Part shown: piece after piece, positions 7,331-15,651 of the stretch
Position numbering within the stretch: the stretch's first letter is position 1
Layout of the letters: each line of letters begins with the position of its first letter
Assembly (NCBI GenBank): GCA_050950425.1
Contig: JBMNHO010000002.1
Span: 769,483-801,482, forward strand
Direction: 5' to 3'
DNA from: Oscillospiraceae bacterium
GTDB lineage: Bacteria > Bacillota > Clostridia > Oscillospirales > Oscillospiraceae
Length of the DNA stretch: 32,000 nucleotides
The notes under the pieces: model-generated
What the model was told of the DNA's origin: nothing
Databases searched by the model: none
Seen by the model: the letters and a program-made list of their open reading frames with translations, nothing else
Position numbers and translations under genes: made by a program

Positions 7331-7938
7331 AAAAGCGTTGGTACGATTATCTTTGGATTTTTTCTTCAATTTACTTAATTCTTGGCCTGTTCAACATCTT
7401 GTTCGCCTGGCTGGGCCTGATTTGTTTTGTTGTTCCCCTTGTCATTTCCGTTGTGGCAGGAAACAAGGCATATTGCAATCGGTTCTGCGGGCGGGGGCAG
7501 CTGTTTGAGCTGCTGGGCGGCAAGCTGGGCTTGTCTCGAAAAAAGACGCCGCCCAAATTTTTGCGGTCCAAGTGGTTTCGATATGGCTTTTTAACCTTTT
7601 TTATGACCATGTTCCTGCTGATGATTTATAATACATATCTGGTGTTTGCCGGGGCGTCTTTGCGGGAAGCGGTCACTCTTTTATGGGTATTTAAGCTGCC
7701 TTGGCAATGGACGAATACCGCTTTTGTCTCCCCTTGGGTGGCGCAATTCTCCTTTGGGTTTTATGGCGTCATGCTAACGTCCACCGTCCTTGGGCTGGTC
7801 ACCATGATCGCGTTCAAGCCCCGCTCCTGGTGCGTATATTGCCCTATGGGAACCATGACCCAAGGCATCTGTACACTAAAGAATAGAGAGGAAGCGAAAA
7901 AATGGAAGAAAGGGCACAAAGAATCGCAGAGCTGCTGA
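7327..7938 (+). CDS. Polytopic membrane protein with two CxxC(P/G)xG motifs (NapH/MauN/NosR-like 4Fe-4S-binding membrane family)
   Basis: ATG at 7327 overlaps the ferredoxin stop (ATGA). CNRFCGRG and CVYCPMG motifs flank hydrophobic helices. The upstream part of the track ORF (7267-7326) overlaps the ferredoxin gene and is not used. Confidence 0.7.
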   Translation: MKKRWYDYLWIFSSIYLILGLFNILFAWLGLICFVVPLVISVVAGNKAYCNRFCGRGQLFELLGGKLGLSRKKTPPKFLRSKWFRYGFLTFFMTMFLLMIYNTYLVFAGASLREAVTLLWVFKLPWQWTNTAFVSPWVAQFSFGFYGVMLTSTVLGLVTMIAFKPRSWCVYCPMGTMTQGICTLKNREEAKKWKKGHKESQSC

Positions 7939-8201
7939 AGGTTCTCGCCAACGAAAACCGGCTGCTGATTTTATGCGCGTTGATGCAAACCCCGCTGACT
8001 GTGAGCGAGATTGCAAAATTTGTACCAAATATCACCCAGTCCGCATTGTCGCAGCATTTGTCCCTGCTGAAAGCACACGGTATTTTGGTGTTTCAAAAAT
8101 CCGGGCAAAGCATTACCTACTCCATTGGGGACCATCGGGTGGAAGCGGTCATCCACGTCCTCAAGCAGCATTACTGCGCAGAAGAGGGGGCGGAAATATG
8201 A
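7902..8201 (+). CDS. ArsR/SmtB-family transcriptional repressor, YgaV/BigR/SqrR-like (two-cysteine, candidate persulfide sensor)
   Basis: 99 aa. NRLLILCAL (Cys25 in helix alpha2), wHTH ...SEIAKFVPNITQSALSQHLSLLKAHGIL..., C-terminal HYCAEE (Cys92). The classical ELCVCDL metal site is absent. Confidence 0.8.
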   Translation: MEERAQRIAELLKVLANENRLLILCALMQTPLTVSEIAKFVPNITQSALSQHLSLLKAHGILVFQKSGQSITYSIGDHRVEAVIHVLKQHYCAEEGAEI

Positions 8202-8626
8202 AAAGGCAAATAAAAAAATGGATGCTCGTTTTTGCTTCCGCCCTTTCTGTTTTGCTCTCCGCCTGCGCCGGGGGCGGCCTGTCTGCCCCGGACGTGTCGG
8301 ATCCGGCCTATCGCACCATAACAGCCCAAGAAGCAAAAGCCATTTTGGACGGAACCGACCCGTTTGTTCTGCTGGATGTCAGAACCGAGACGGAGTTTCA
8401 GCAAGGGCATATTGAGGGAGCCATTTTAATCCCCAATGACGCTCTGGCCGACCGGGCAGCCGAAGAGCTGCCGGATCGGGACGCGCTGATCCTGTTGTAC
8501 TGCCGCAGCGGGCGCAGAAGCGCCGCCGCAGCAAAGCAGCTGTCCATAATGGGATATACCAATGTCATCGATTTTGGCGGCATCATCGACTGGCCGTATG
8601 AAACCGTCAGCGGAGAAAAGAAATAA
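8198..8626 (+). CDS. Rhodanese-domain (sulfurtransferase) lipoprotein
   Basis: Signal peptide with lipobox LSAC, active-site loop CRSGRRS, rhodanese core LLDVRTETEFQQGHIEGA. ATGA overlap with the ArsR stop. Confidence 0.85.
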   Translation: MKRQIKKWMLVFASALSVLLSACAGGGLSAPDVSDPAYRTITAQEAKAILDGTDPFVLLDVRTETEFQQGHIEGAILIPNDALADRAAEELPDRDALILLYCRSGRRSAAAAKQLSIMGYTNVIDFGGIIDWPYETVSGEKK

Positions 8627-8640
8627 AGGAGAAGATACCC

Positions 8641-8829
8641 ATGAAAATGATCGTCAACAAAGACAAATGCCCCCAAGACCACAAATGTCCCGCCATGAAG
8701 GTTTGCCCTAAAAACGCCATTACACAGGCAGATATCTACTCTCTGCCCAAAGTTGACCCGGACCTCTGCATCCTCTGCAAAAAATGCATGCAGTTTTGCC
8801 CTAAAAACGCATTCGAACTGGTTTCTTAG
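8641..8829 (+). CDS. Small ferredoxin-like protein (one canonical and one atypically spaced Cys cluster)
   Basis: CILCKKCMQFCP is canonical. The N-terminal CPQDHKCPAMKVCP has Cx5Cx5C spacing. GGAGAAG RBS. Confidence 0.7.
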   Translation: MKMIVNKDKCPQDHKCPAMKVCPKNAITQADIYSLPKVDPDLCILCKKCMQFCPKNAFELVS

Positions 8830-8861
8830 TCCTCGAAACAGCAAAACAACAACCGATATGG

Positions 8862-8896
8862 ATTCCGGCCGCCCAGAGGGCGGCCGGAATCTTTCT
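8862..8896 (+). terminator. Terminator-like hairpin after the ArsR operon
   Basis: ATTCCGGCCGCCC-aga-GGGCGGCCGGAAT 13-bp stem followed by CTTTCT (weak U-tract). Confidence 0.5.
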
Positions 8897-8983
8897 GGCT
8901 TATCTTTCGGCTCCCATCGCCAAGCTGCCCTCTGCGTTTCCCTTTCGCCCGGCCTCCATTTAAAAGCGACTGGCGTCACTTGA

Positions 8984-9607
8984 TCAATCGGAAATGAAGT
9001 TGGTTTGCATCCTCGGCTCATAGCGGGGGGCGGGGACTCCGTTTTGTTTCCCCGCCTCAATGCATTTTAAAAGCCAGGCCATGTTCTCCCCCAGCGCCCG
9101 CATGGTTTGCATCCCTTCCTCATCTTTGCGCACATCTTCCGGCGTGAACCCATGAACCTGATTCCAGTATTGAGAGGATACAATGGGCATATTGCTGATG
9201 GTAAAATATTTATTCAGCCGGTCAAACGCCGCGCTGGCGCCGCCCCGCCGGCAGGAAACCACGCTGGCGCCCAGCTTCCCCGCCATTCGATCCTCGCTAC
9301 AGAAAAACAGCCTGTCCAGAAATGCCGTCAGCTGGCCGCTGGGGCCGGCATAATAAACCGGGGACCCCACCACCAGGGCATCAAACCCGTCCAGCCGATC
9401 CAAAACCATGTTCACCTGGTCGGGAAAAACGCATCGTCCCGTCTCGGCACACGCCCCGCAGGCAATGCAGCCCGGAACGGGCTTTTTCCCCAGATAGAGC
9501 ATTTCCGTTTGAATTTGGTGGCTTTGCAATATACGTTCCACTTCGTGCAGGGCTGTAAATGTACAGCCGTGTTCATTGGGACTTCCGTTGATCAATAATA
9601 CGTTCAT
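8984..9607 (-). CDS. Iron-sulfur flavoprotein (Isf-like, flavodoxin / NADPH-dependent FMN reductase fold)
   Basis: MNVLLINGSPN start preceded by AGGAGGGAG. Compact cluster motif CIACGACAETGRC (Cx2Cx2Cx5C). ALVVGSPVYY flavin-binding region. Confidence 0.8.
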   Translation of the reverse strand: MNVLLINGSPNEHGCTFTALHEVERILQSHQIQTEMLYLGKKPVPGCIACGACAETGRCVFPDQVNMVLDRLDGFDALVVGSPVYYAGPSGQLTAFLDRLFFCSEDRMAGKLGASVVSCRRGGASAAFDRLNKYFTISNMPIVSSQYWNQVHGFTPEDVRKDEEGMQTMRALGENMAWLLKCIEAGKQNGVPAPRYEPRMQTNFISD

Positions 9608-9664
9608 GGTTCTCCCTCCTGCCGAAAACGGCGCTGTTTGGTCATCCAATCCTTTGCCTTTCGC

Positions 9665-10216
9665 CTATTTAGAAAATGCGTCAGCTAGCTCTGCCGCCCG
9701 TTTGCACCCATCCGTGTTCTGGATGTCCTCTTCCTGGTGGACACCCGGAACCAAAACAGTTCCCACGGGCTTCCAGTTCAGCAATGCGGCTGTTTTTTCA
9801 AAGGGAATGCGCACGCCGTCTAAAACAGACAAATCTTTTTCCTCGCAGCAGGCGATCAAAGCGCACTCTTTCCCGCCCACTTCCCTGCCGGCCACGCAAA
9901 AAGAAAACAGTTTGTCAATGACCGCCTTGATCTGTGCCGGCATGGTGTACCAGTATACCGGCATGGTAAACACAATGGCGTCTGCCGCCTCAATGGCAGG
10001 CGCGATTTCGTTGAAATCATCGTCAAAGCTGCACGCCTTTCCTGTTTGGAAGCAGGTTTCGCAAGCGCGGCATCCTCCCACCGTTTTCATCGCCGCATCA
10101 AAACGGGTCACTTCATACCCGTTCGCTTTTGCCGCTTTTATAAAAGCGTCTGTCATAGCGAAGCTATTTCCTTTTTTGCGGGGGCTGCCTGTGATCACAA
10201 CCATGTTTTTGCTCAT
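9665..10216 (-). CDS. Second iron-sulfur flavoprotein (Isf-like) paralogue
   Basis: MSKNMVVITGSPRKKGNS start preceded by AGGAAG. CRACETCFQTGKC motif. AIVFTMPVYW. Confidence 0.8.
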   Translation of the reverse strand: MSKNMVVITGSPRKKGNSFAMTDAFIKAAKANGYEVTRFDAAMKTVGGCRACETCFQTGKACSFDDDFNEIAPAIEAADAIVFTMPVYWYTMPAQIKAVIDKLFSFCVAGREVGGKECALIACCEEKDLSVLDGVRIPFEKTAALLNWKPVGTVLVPGVHQEEDIQNTDGCKRAAELADAFSK

Positions 10217-10383
10217 ACGGACTCTTCCTTTCCTCGTTGACACACATTTTATTTCATGTATTTATTATAACAAAATATGTCGAAAAAACAAGAGCATGCT
10301 TTGACCGGGTGCGACCAGCCACGTAAAGCGCAAAAACCCGCCAGGTGATATTTTTAAGGCGGCCACACAACGGAATCATCTCG

Positions 10384-10419
10384 AAAAACCAATCGCCGGC
10401 CGCATAAGCGGCCGGTGAT
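10384..10419 (-). terminator. Rho-independent terminator for the small orphan gene
   Basis: On the minus strand, a CCGGCCGC-ttat-GCGGCCGG GC stem is followed by TTGGTTTTT. Confidence 0.65.
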
Positions 10420-10457
10420 CTGCATTGATTGGACTGATGCTGCGTTACCGCCTTGCC

Positions 10458-10781
10458 TTACGATTCAAAACAAAGTTGTTCCCATACCTTCCGCATCCAC
10501 GCTCCCCGTTTGGCGAACATCTTACGCTCCGCTTTGAAGAAAGCGGCTTTGTATGTCATGTTCTCATTTTCCGCAACGTGGTTTTCGGCGCGTGCCCGAA
10601 GCAGATCCACGGGACACCCGATTTGTTCCATCCAGCCTATGAGTTCTGCCCAATTCCGCCTTTCTTCCTCGCATCGGGAGGGTTCTCCCTCTGCGTAAAG
10701 CGCCAAAAAAGCAGACTCGTCCAACGGTGCCTTTTCCGCTTGATTTGCAAACATGATGTCCCTATTTCTTCCTTCTGTCAT
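10458..10781 (-). CDS. Hypothetical cytoplasmic protein (107 aa), no family recognised
   Basis: The internal ATG at 10781 has a strong GGGAGGTG RBS 8 nt upstream. The gene has its own terminator downstream and another gene's terminator upstream. Confidence 0.5.
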   Translation of the reverse strand: MTEGRNRDIMFANQAEKAPLDESAFLALYAEGEPSRCEEERRNWAELIGWMEQIGCPVDLLRARAENHVAENENMTYKAAFFKAERKMFAKRGAWMRKVWEQLCFES

Positions 10782-10963
10782 GTATTTTACACCTCCCATG
10801 GGAACCAGTGTACCATGGGTTTTTTGCGAAATCCGTTTGATCTGCTCGAACGGATCTATTTTTTCCGGGAAAAACGCATCTATTTTCCCTTTTTCCGCCC
10901 TTCTCCTTTTCTTTTTTGGGGCGGTCTTTTTCCGCTGCAATGCCGGATGAAGCGGATCGGATG

Positions 10964-11020
10964 ATAAAAAGCCGCCCATAAAGTAAGCGCCGCTGTTTCA
11001 TCCGGCCTGCTTTATGGGCG
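10964..11020 (-). terminator. Rho-independent terminator after the alpha/beta hydrolase gene
   Basis: Minus strand: GCCGCCCATAAAG ... CTTTATGGGCGGC stem followed by TTTTT (plus-strand A-run 10964-10968). Confidence 0.7.
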
Positions 11021-11042
11021 GCGCTCCACCCTGTTTGGTTTC

Positions 11043-11792
11043 TCAGGTTTCTCCCTCAAAAAACTCCGTTGCAAGCTGCAGCACCCGCTCCGGCGCGCCG
11101 GGAACAGACAAACTGTGATCCCCGCCGGGGATCACAGCCAGCGGGACGTGAAACTGCGCTGCAAACCGCCTTGCATGCGCGAGGAGAATGGTTTGATCCT
11201 GTTCCCCATGGATCATGCGTATCTTTGTCCCCTCCGGCGGGCTGCACTGAAACAGATCGTGGCCGGCAAGATCCTCTAAAAAGCCGGTTGTCAGCTTGAT
11301 GGGACGGGTATAGCCCTCCAGCGTCAGAAATCCGTCCCGCTCCAGCCGGGCCCGTTCCTCCTCTGTGGGGTGTGCGAACAGATCCGGCATATTCACAGCG
11401 GCGGAGCGGAAAAACGACTTTTCCCCCCTCCCCTTTCCCAGCGCAAGATACTGAAAATTGATATACGCGCCGAAGCTGGAGGAGAAATAAACAATGTCCG
11501 CCCGGGGGGCCAGGGAACGCACGCGCCGCTCTGCCGCCTCCAGGGCTTGCATACAAGTTGCGATCCGCAGCATTTCTCCGTCCACGGGGCTGTCCCCGTG
11601 GGCCGGAAAGTCAAATGCAAGGACGCCGATGCCCCGCTTGGGCAGCGCTCGGAGCAGCATCTGGGCCGTTGTGCTTTCTTTGCTGCTGCCAAAGCCATGG
11701 CTGACGATGCACACTGTCTCCTCCCGGCCGTCCACTTCATAAAGGCAGGGAACGCCGTACCCATTTGCGCCCGAAATCATGTCCCTTGTCAT
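11043..11792 (-). CDS. Alpha/beta-fold hydrolase
   Basis: IVSHGFGSSK, FDFPAHGDS, nucleophile-elbow-like FSSSFGA, C-terminal GGDHS. AGGGGAG RBS. Confidence 0.7.
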   Translation of the reverse strand: MTRDMISGANGYGVPCLYEVDGREETVCIVSHGFGSSKESTTAQMLLRALPKRGIGVLAFDFPAHGDSPVDGEMLRIATCMQALEAAERRVRSLAPRADIVYFSSSFGAYINFQYLALGKGRGEKSFFRSAAVNMPDLFAHPTEEERARLERDGFLTLEGYTRPIKLTTGFLEDLAGHDLFQCSPPEGTKIRMIHGEQDQTILLAHARRFAAQFHVPLAVIPGGDHSLSVPGAPERVLQLATEFFEGET

Positions 11793-11924
11793 TTTTTGTC
11801 TCCCCTTTTTCCTCTCGTTTTCTTTGCGCCCTCTTTTTTCCCTGTTGCTGCGGCGGATGTTCGCTTTTGTTTCGTTTCATGATATACTATGTCATATCTT
11901 GTCGAAAAAGGAGCAACCGCCCCC

Positions 11925-12617
11925 ATGAAACACAATACAAATCGGCACGCCTCTCTTTTCAAACGGGGGATGATCATTGCGATCTCCCTGCTTTCCCTGA
12001 TCTTGGTCTGCGAATTGCTGCTGACCCATTTACATACGCTCTTCGACGACTCTCCCTACACCGCAGCGGATTTCGGCATTGAAACGCTGAAAAGCCCCTA
12101 CGACAAAGACGGAGACGGGATTGACGATTATCGTGACCTTTTGTTGAGCGCCAGGGCCTACGTGAATACACGCCCCAAATACAAAAGCACCTATGAATCT
12201 GGCGGGTACCCGCCGGAGGGAATGGGTGTTTGCACCGACGTGATCTGGAGCGCCTTTCAGGGCGCCGGGTATGACTTAAAGGCGCTGATCGATGCGGACA
12301 TTGCCGCCCATTTAGACGCCTATCCCGCCATACGGACGCCGGACCCCAACATCGATTTCCGAAGGGTGCGGAATCTGGACGTTTTTTTCCGGCGGCACGC
12401 GGAACCCATCCCCACAGACCTTTCCAACCTTTCCGCCTGGCAGCCCGGAGACATCGTCCTGTACGCGGACCACATCGCCATTGTGTCCGACCGGCGAAAC
12501 AAGGACGGCCTGCCCTACATCATTCACCACGCGGGGCAGCCGATTTATGAGGAAAACGCCCTCACCCGAGCGCCCATTCTTGCCCACTACCGGTGGACGC
12601 CGGCCGCACCGTCATAA
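11925..12617 (+). CDS. DUF1287-family protein with N-terminal membrane anchor
   Basis: ATG at 11925 preceded by AAGGAG. YDKDGDGIDDYRD, GVCTDVIWSAF and GDIVLY..HIAIVSD are typical of DUF1287. Confidence 0.7.
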   Translation: MKHNTNRHASLFKRGMIIAISLLSLILVCELLLTHLHTLFDDSPYTAADFGIETLKSPYDKDGDGIDDYRDLLLSARAYVNTRPKYKSTYESGGYPPEGMGVCTDVIWSAFQGAGYDLKALIDADIAAHLDAYPAIRTPDPNIDFRRVRNLDVFFRRHAEPIPTDLSNLSAWQPGDIVLYADHIAIVSDRRNKDGLPYIIHHAGQPIYEENALTRAPILAHYRWTPAAPS

Positions 12618-12684
12618 AATCGATCTTGTGCTGTTCAGCGGCATCCTTCCTTTCCGGTTCCGCCGTCTTTCGTCAGCACACCCA

Positions 12685-12721
12685 CGCCCCCTCGCCCAAA
12701 TCGGCGAGGGGCGCCTTTTTT
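12685..12721. terminator. Terminator hairpin between convergent genes
   Basis: CGCCCCCTCGCC-caaatc-GGCGAGGGGCG followed by a T-run (12716-12721). Confidence 0.65.
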
Positions 12722-13706
12722 ATGCTCTGTTTTCTCTGCGCCTTTCCAGCAGCTCCCGGTAAGACACTCTCTGTCCCAAGGAGTCCGCCTGCTTCACGGC
12801 ATTGATGATCGCACAGCGAACGGCTTCCGCGGCCAAAATGCCCGCCGCGTCAAAATTCGTCTCCACGTCGCCGGTACACATGGCAAACATCGTGTCCCCG
12901 TCAAACACGGAATGGGCCGGGTACACCGCCCTCGCGATCCCGTTGTGCCCCAGCATGGCCAGCTTTGTCGCCTGCGCCTTTTGGAGATTGGCGTTGGAGA
13001 CAATGCAGCCTATGATGGTGTTGCCGCTGAATAAATCCTTGTCTCTGTGAAACGTTTCCAATATGACACGCTGGGAATCCGCCATGGAAACGCCGTCGTC
13101 TGCCAGAGCCCCTGCTAAAATCTCCCCCGTCCGGCTGTCTGCAACGTCCCCCACACAGTTGACGGCCATCACAGCGCCCACCATCAGCTCGCCCGTGCGA
13201 AACGCCGCCGTTCCCAGGCCGCCCTTCATGGCAAACGCCCTGCCTCTGGCTTTCCCAACGGTGGCTCCCGTTCCGGCGCCCACGCTCCCTTCGGCCCATC
13301 GGCCTTCGTATGCCTGCCGGCACGCCTCGTACCCCATGACGGCGTCCGGACGCACGTCGGAGCGCCCGCATTTGAGGTCAAACAAAATGGCGGAGCAGAC
13401 GTTGGGAACCACAGTGACCCCTACGTCCCGCCCGATGCCCCGCTCTTCCAAAAAACGCATGACGCCCCCCGCCGCATCCAATCCGAAGGAACTCCCCCCG
13501 GACAGCACCACCGCGTGGGTCTGGGTGCGATTGCTCACGGGGTGGAGGGCGTCTGTGTCCCGTGTCCCGGGGGATCCGCCCCGCACGTCGACACCGCAAA
13601 CCGCCCCGGATTCGCACAGGATTACGGTGCAGCCCGTGGCCGCCTCCAGATCCTGTGCGTTGCCCAGGTGAAACCCAGTGATTTCCTGTATTGTAATCTC
13701 TTCCAT
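12720..13706 (-). CDS. P1-family (DmpA / peptidase S58, L-aminopeptidase/D-esterase-like) peptidase
   Basis: GFHLGNAQD, GCTVIL, VRGGSPGTRDTD, AVVLSGGSSFGLDAA, GAGTGATVGK, and the self-processing-type GNTIIGCIVSNA region. ATG at 13706 has an AAGGAG RBS 8 nt upstream. Confidence 0.8.
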   Translation of the reverse strand: MEEITIQEITGFHLGNAQDLEAATGCTVILCESGAVCGVDVRGGSPGTRDTDALHPVSNRTQTHAVVLSGGSSFGLDAAGGVMRFLEERGIGRDVGVTVVPNVCSAILFDLKCGRSDVRPDAVMGYEACRQAYEGRWAEGSVGAGTGATVGKARGRAFAMKGGLGTAAFRTGELMVGAVMAVNCVGDVADSRTGEILAGALADDGVSMADSQRVILETFHRDKDLFSGNTIIGCIVSNANLQKAQATKLAMLGHNGIARAVYPAHSVFDGDTMFAMCTGDVETNFDAAGILAAEAVRCAIINAVKQADSLGQRVSYRELLERRRENRA

Positions 13707-13749
13707 CTTTTTTGCTCCTTGTTTTATCATGTCGTACTTGGCGGTTGCA

Positions 13750-14874
13750 CTAAACCGGATCGGTGATCAGCCGCACCACCAGCTCTGCCGCACGCACCAG
13801 CTCGTCTAAATGGGACTGTTCCAAAACGCTGTGGCAGCGCTCCATGCCACAGGCCAAAACAACGCCGCAAAGCCCCTTTTGAACAAATCGGTTGTTGTCA
13901 CTCCCGCCGAATGTCTGAACCAGCTGAAACGGAATGCCGCAAGCGCGGCACCCTCTCTCCGCCCGGGCGATCACGGCGGCTTCCCTGGGTATTTCATAGG
14001 CAACGCAGCCAAAGCGGTGAGAAAAAGAAAGGGTCACGCCGAAGGCGTCCCCCGCCTGCTGAAAGCATGCCTTTATCTCCCCCCACTGTTCCAGCGCCTG
14101 CGCATGCCGGTAGCTGCGGATTTCTCCCTGCACAACGCAGGTGTCGGAGACGATGTTCGGCGCTGTCCCGCCCTGTATCGTTCCGATGTTCACCGTCAGC
14201 GCTTCTCCTACGCGCCCCTGTTTCACAGCGGAGATGCCCCTCGCTGCCGCCGCGACGGCGTTTACCCCTGTTTCCGGGGCAAACCCGGCGTGAGCAGACT
14301 TCCCCTTCCACGCCGCCGTAAACGCCAAAATGGTGGGCGCCCGGTAGGCGCAGCTGCCCACAGGGCCGGGTAAGTCCAGCACATACGCTTCTTTGGCATG
14401 TAGCATGTCATACTCAAAATGCAGGCCGCCGCCGCTGTAAATTTCCTCCGCGACGGTGAACAGAAGCTCCACTTCCCGGTTGGAAAGCCCCTGTTCCATC
14501 ACGGTCTGCACCGCCTCCAGCAAAACAGCCACGCCTGAAAGGTCGTCCGCGCCCAAAACCGTGTCTCCCCCGCTTTGAATGGTGCCGTCCTCCAACAGGA
14601 CAGCCCGCTTGCCCCTGGACGGCTCCACCGTGTCCAAATGAGCGGAAAACAGCAGCGGCGCGGCGTTTGGAAGCCGCCCGTCCCAGCGGCAAAATAAGTT
14701 TCCGCAGGTTCCGCCCAGCCGCTCTCCCGCTTCGTCCTCTGTTACGGACAGGCCCAGCGTGCTCAGCCGGTTTTTCACGAATGCGCCCATCTCCCGCTCC
14801 CCCAGAGACGGACTGTCAATGGACACCAGCGCCTGAAACGTTTCATACAGGCGGCTCCGGTTGACTCTCCCCAT
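13750..14874 (-). CDS. M20/M25/M40-family metallopeptidase (PepT-like tripeptidase family)
   Basis: SIDSPSLGERE, FSAHLDTV, GADDLSGVA and TVAEE motifs. 43 nt upstream of the P1 peptidase gene, so probably one operon. Confidence 0.8.
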   Translation of the reverse strand: MGRVNRSRLYETFQALVSIDSPSLGEREMGAFVKNRLSTLGLSVTEDEAGERLGGTCGNLFCRWDGRLPNAAPLLFSAHLDTVEPSRGKRAVLLEDGTIQSGGDTVLGADDLSGVAVLLEAVQTVMEQGLSNREVELLFTVAEEIYSGGGLHFEYDMLHAKEAYVLDLPGPVGSCAYRAPTILAFTAAWKGKSAHAGFAPETGVNAVAAAARGISAVKQGRVGEALTVNIGTIQGGTAPNIVSDTCVVQGEIRSYRHAQALEQWGEIKACFQQAGDAFGVTLSFSHRFGCVAYEIPREAAVIARAERGCRACGIPFQLVQTFGGSDNNRFVQKGLCGVVLACGMERCHSVLEQSHLDELVRAAELVVRLITDPV

Positions 14875-14958
14875 AAGAACCCTTCCTCTCCCGGCAACTT
14901 CGTCCGCTTTGTGTTTTTCAGCATATCACAGAAACGCCCTCCTGACCAGTTCCGTTTA

Positions 14959-15000
14959 CAACAATTGGGGCTCCGCCTCCAGCCGGAAGCGAAACCCCAA
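14959..15000 (-). terminator. Terminator hairpin after the lipoprotein gene
   Basis: Minus strand: TTGGGGTTTCGCTTCC-ggct-GGAGGCGGAGCCCCAA (16 bp including G-U pairs) followed by TTGTTG. Confidence 0.5.
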
Positions 15001-15023
15001 TGTTTTCTCTACGCCGTGTGATG

Positions 15024-15419
15024 TTATGCTTTCGTGAAGATCATTTTCATCCCGTCTTCTTCAAATACCAGCTTGCCGTCTTTCACAGTGGCCGACTGAT
15101 CCTGGCCGTCGACTGTCAAAGTATACCCATCGGCTTCCTTTTTCCAGGTGCCTTCCGCGGCTTCACCCGCCACAAGGCCTGTGAAGACGCCGTCCTCCTT
15201 CATTTCAAAGGAAATGTCCATTTGAGAAGCATCTTCTCCCTGCGCGTATTCCTCGATAAACGTCTGCACGTCAATGGTCGCGCCGCCTACCTCCATATTG
15301 GTTAGTTTCCATTTGCCCACGATGGGATCTGCGTTGTTCCCGCCGCATCCGGTCAAGACCATTCCCATCATTAGAAGAATGGACATAACCAACGCCACAG
15401 GTTTCCATTTTTTCGCCAT
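15024..15419 (-). CDS. Small secreted lipoprotein (lipocalin-like beta-rich domain, function unknown)
   Basis: Signal peptide plus lipobox LTGC. AAGGAG RBS. The mature part is rich in alternating beta-type sequence (GKWKLT..., GTWKKEADGYTLTVDG). Confidence 0.7.
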   Translation of the reverse strand: MAKKWKPVALVMSILLMMGMVLTGCGGNNADPIVGKWKLTNMEVGGATIDVQTFIEEYAQGEDASQMDISFEMKEDGVFTGLVAGEAAEGTWKKEADGYTLTVDGQDQSATVKDGKLVFEEDGMKMIFTKA

Positions 15420-15651
15420 TTTTTTATTTCTCCTTTCCTTATGTATTTTCAGCTATCGCTTCAGACATTCTTACCCAAAGGGAATCATGTTCTGCATGGC
15501 TGACCCATTGTTCTTTTCTTGTATATGTATGAGGATCCGTTTCATAATATCATCACAATCATACCACAAAACCCGTCCTGTTTCCATGGAAACGCAACGG
15601 AGTGTGTCGTCTTTCTTCCGCCCCGGCTCTCTCCCGGCCGGGAAACGCCCC

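Noticed and set aside
15560-15600. 14-bp perfect palindrome GTTTCCATGGAAAC between the SPFH gene and the lipoprotein gene, considered as a terminator
   Set aside because: There is no loop unless the stem shrinks to 5 bp, and the following U-tract is poor. It contains an NcoI-like CCATGG core that arises easily by chance, so it cannot be called a terminator or operator.
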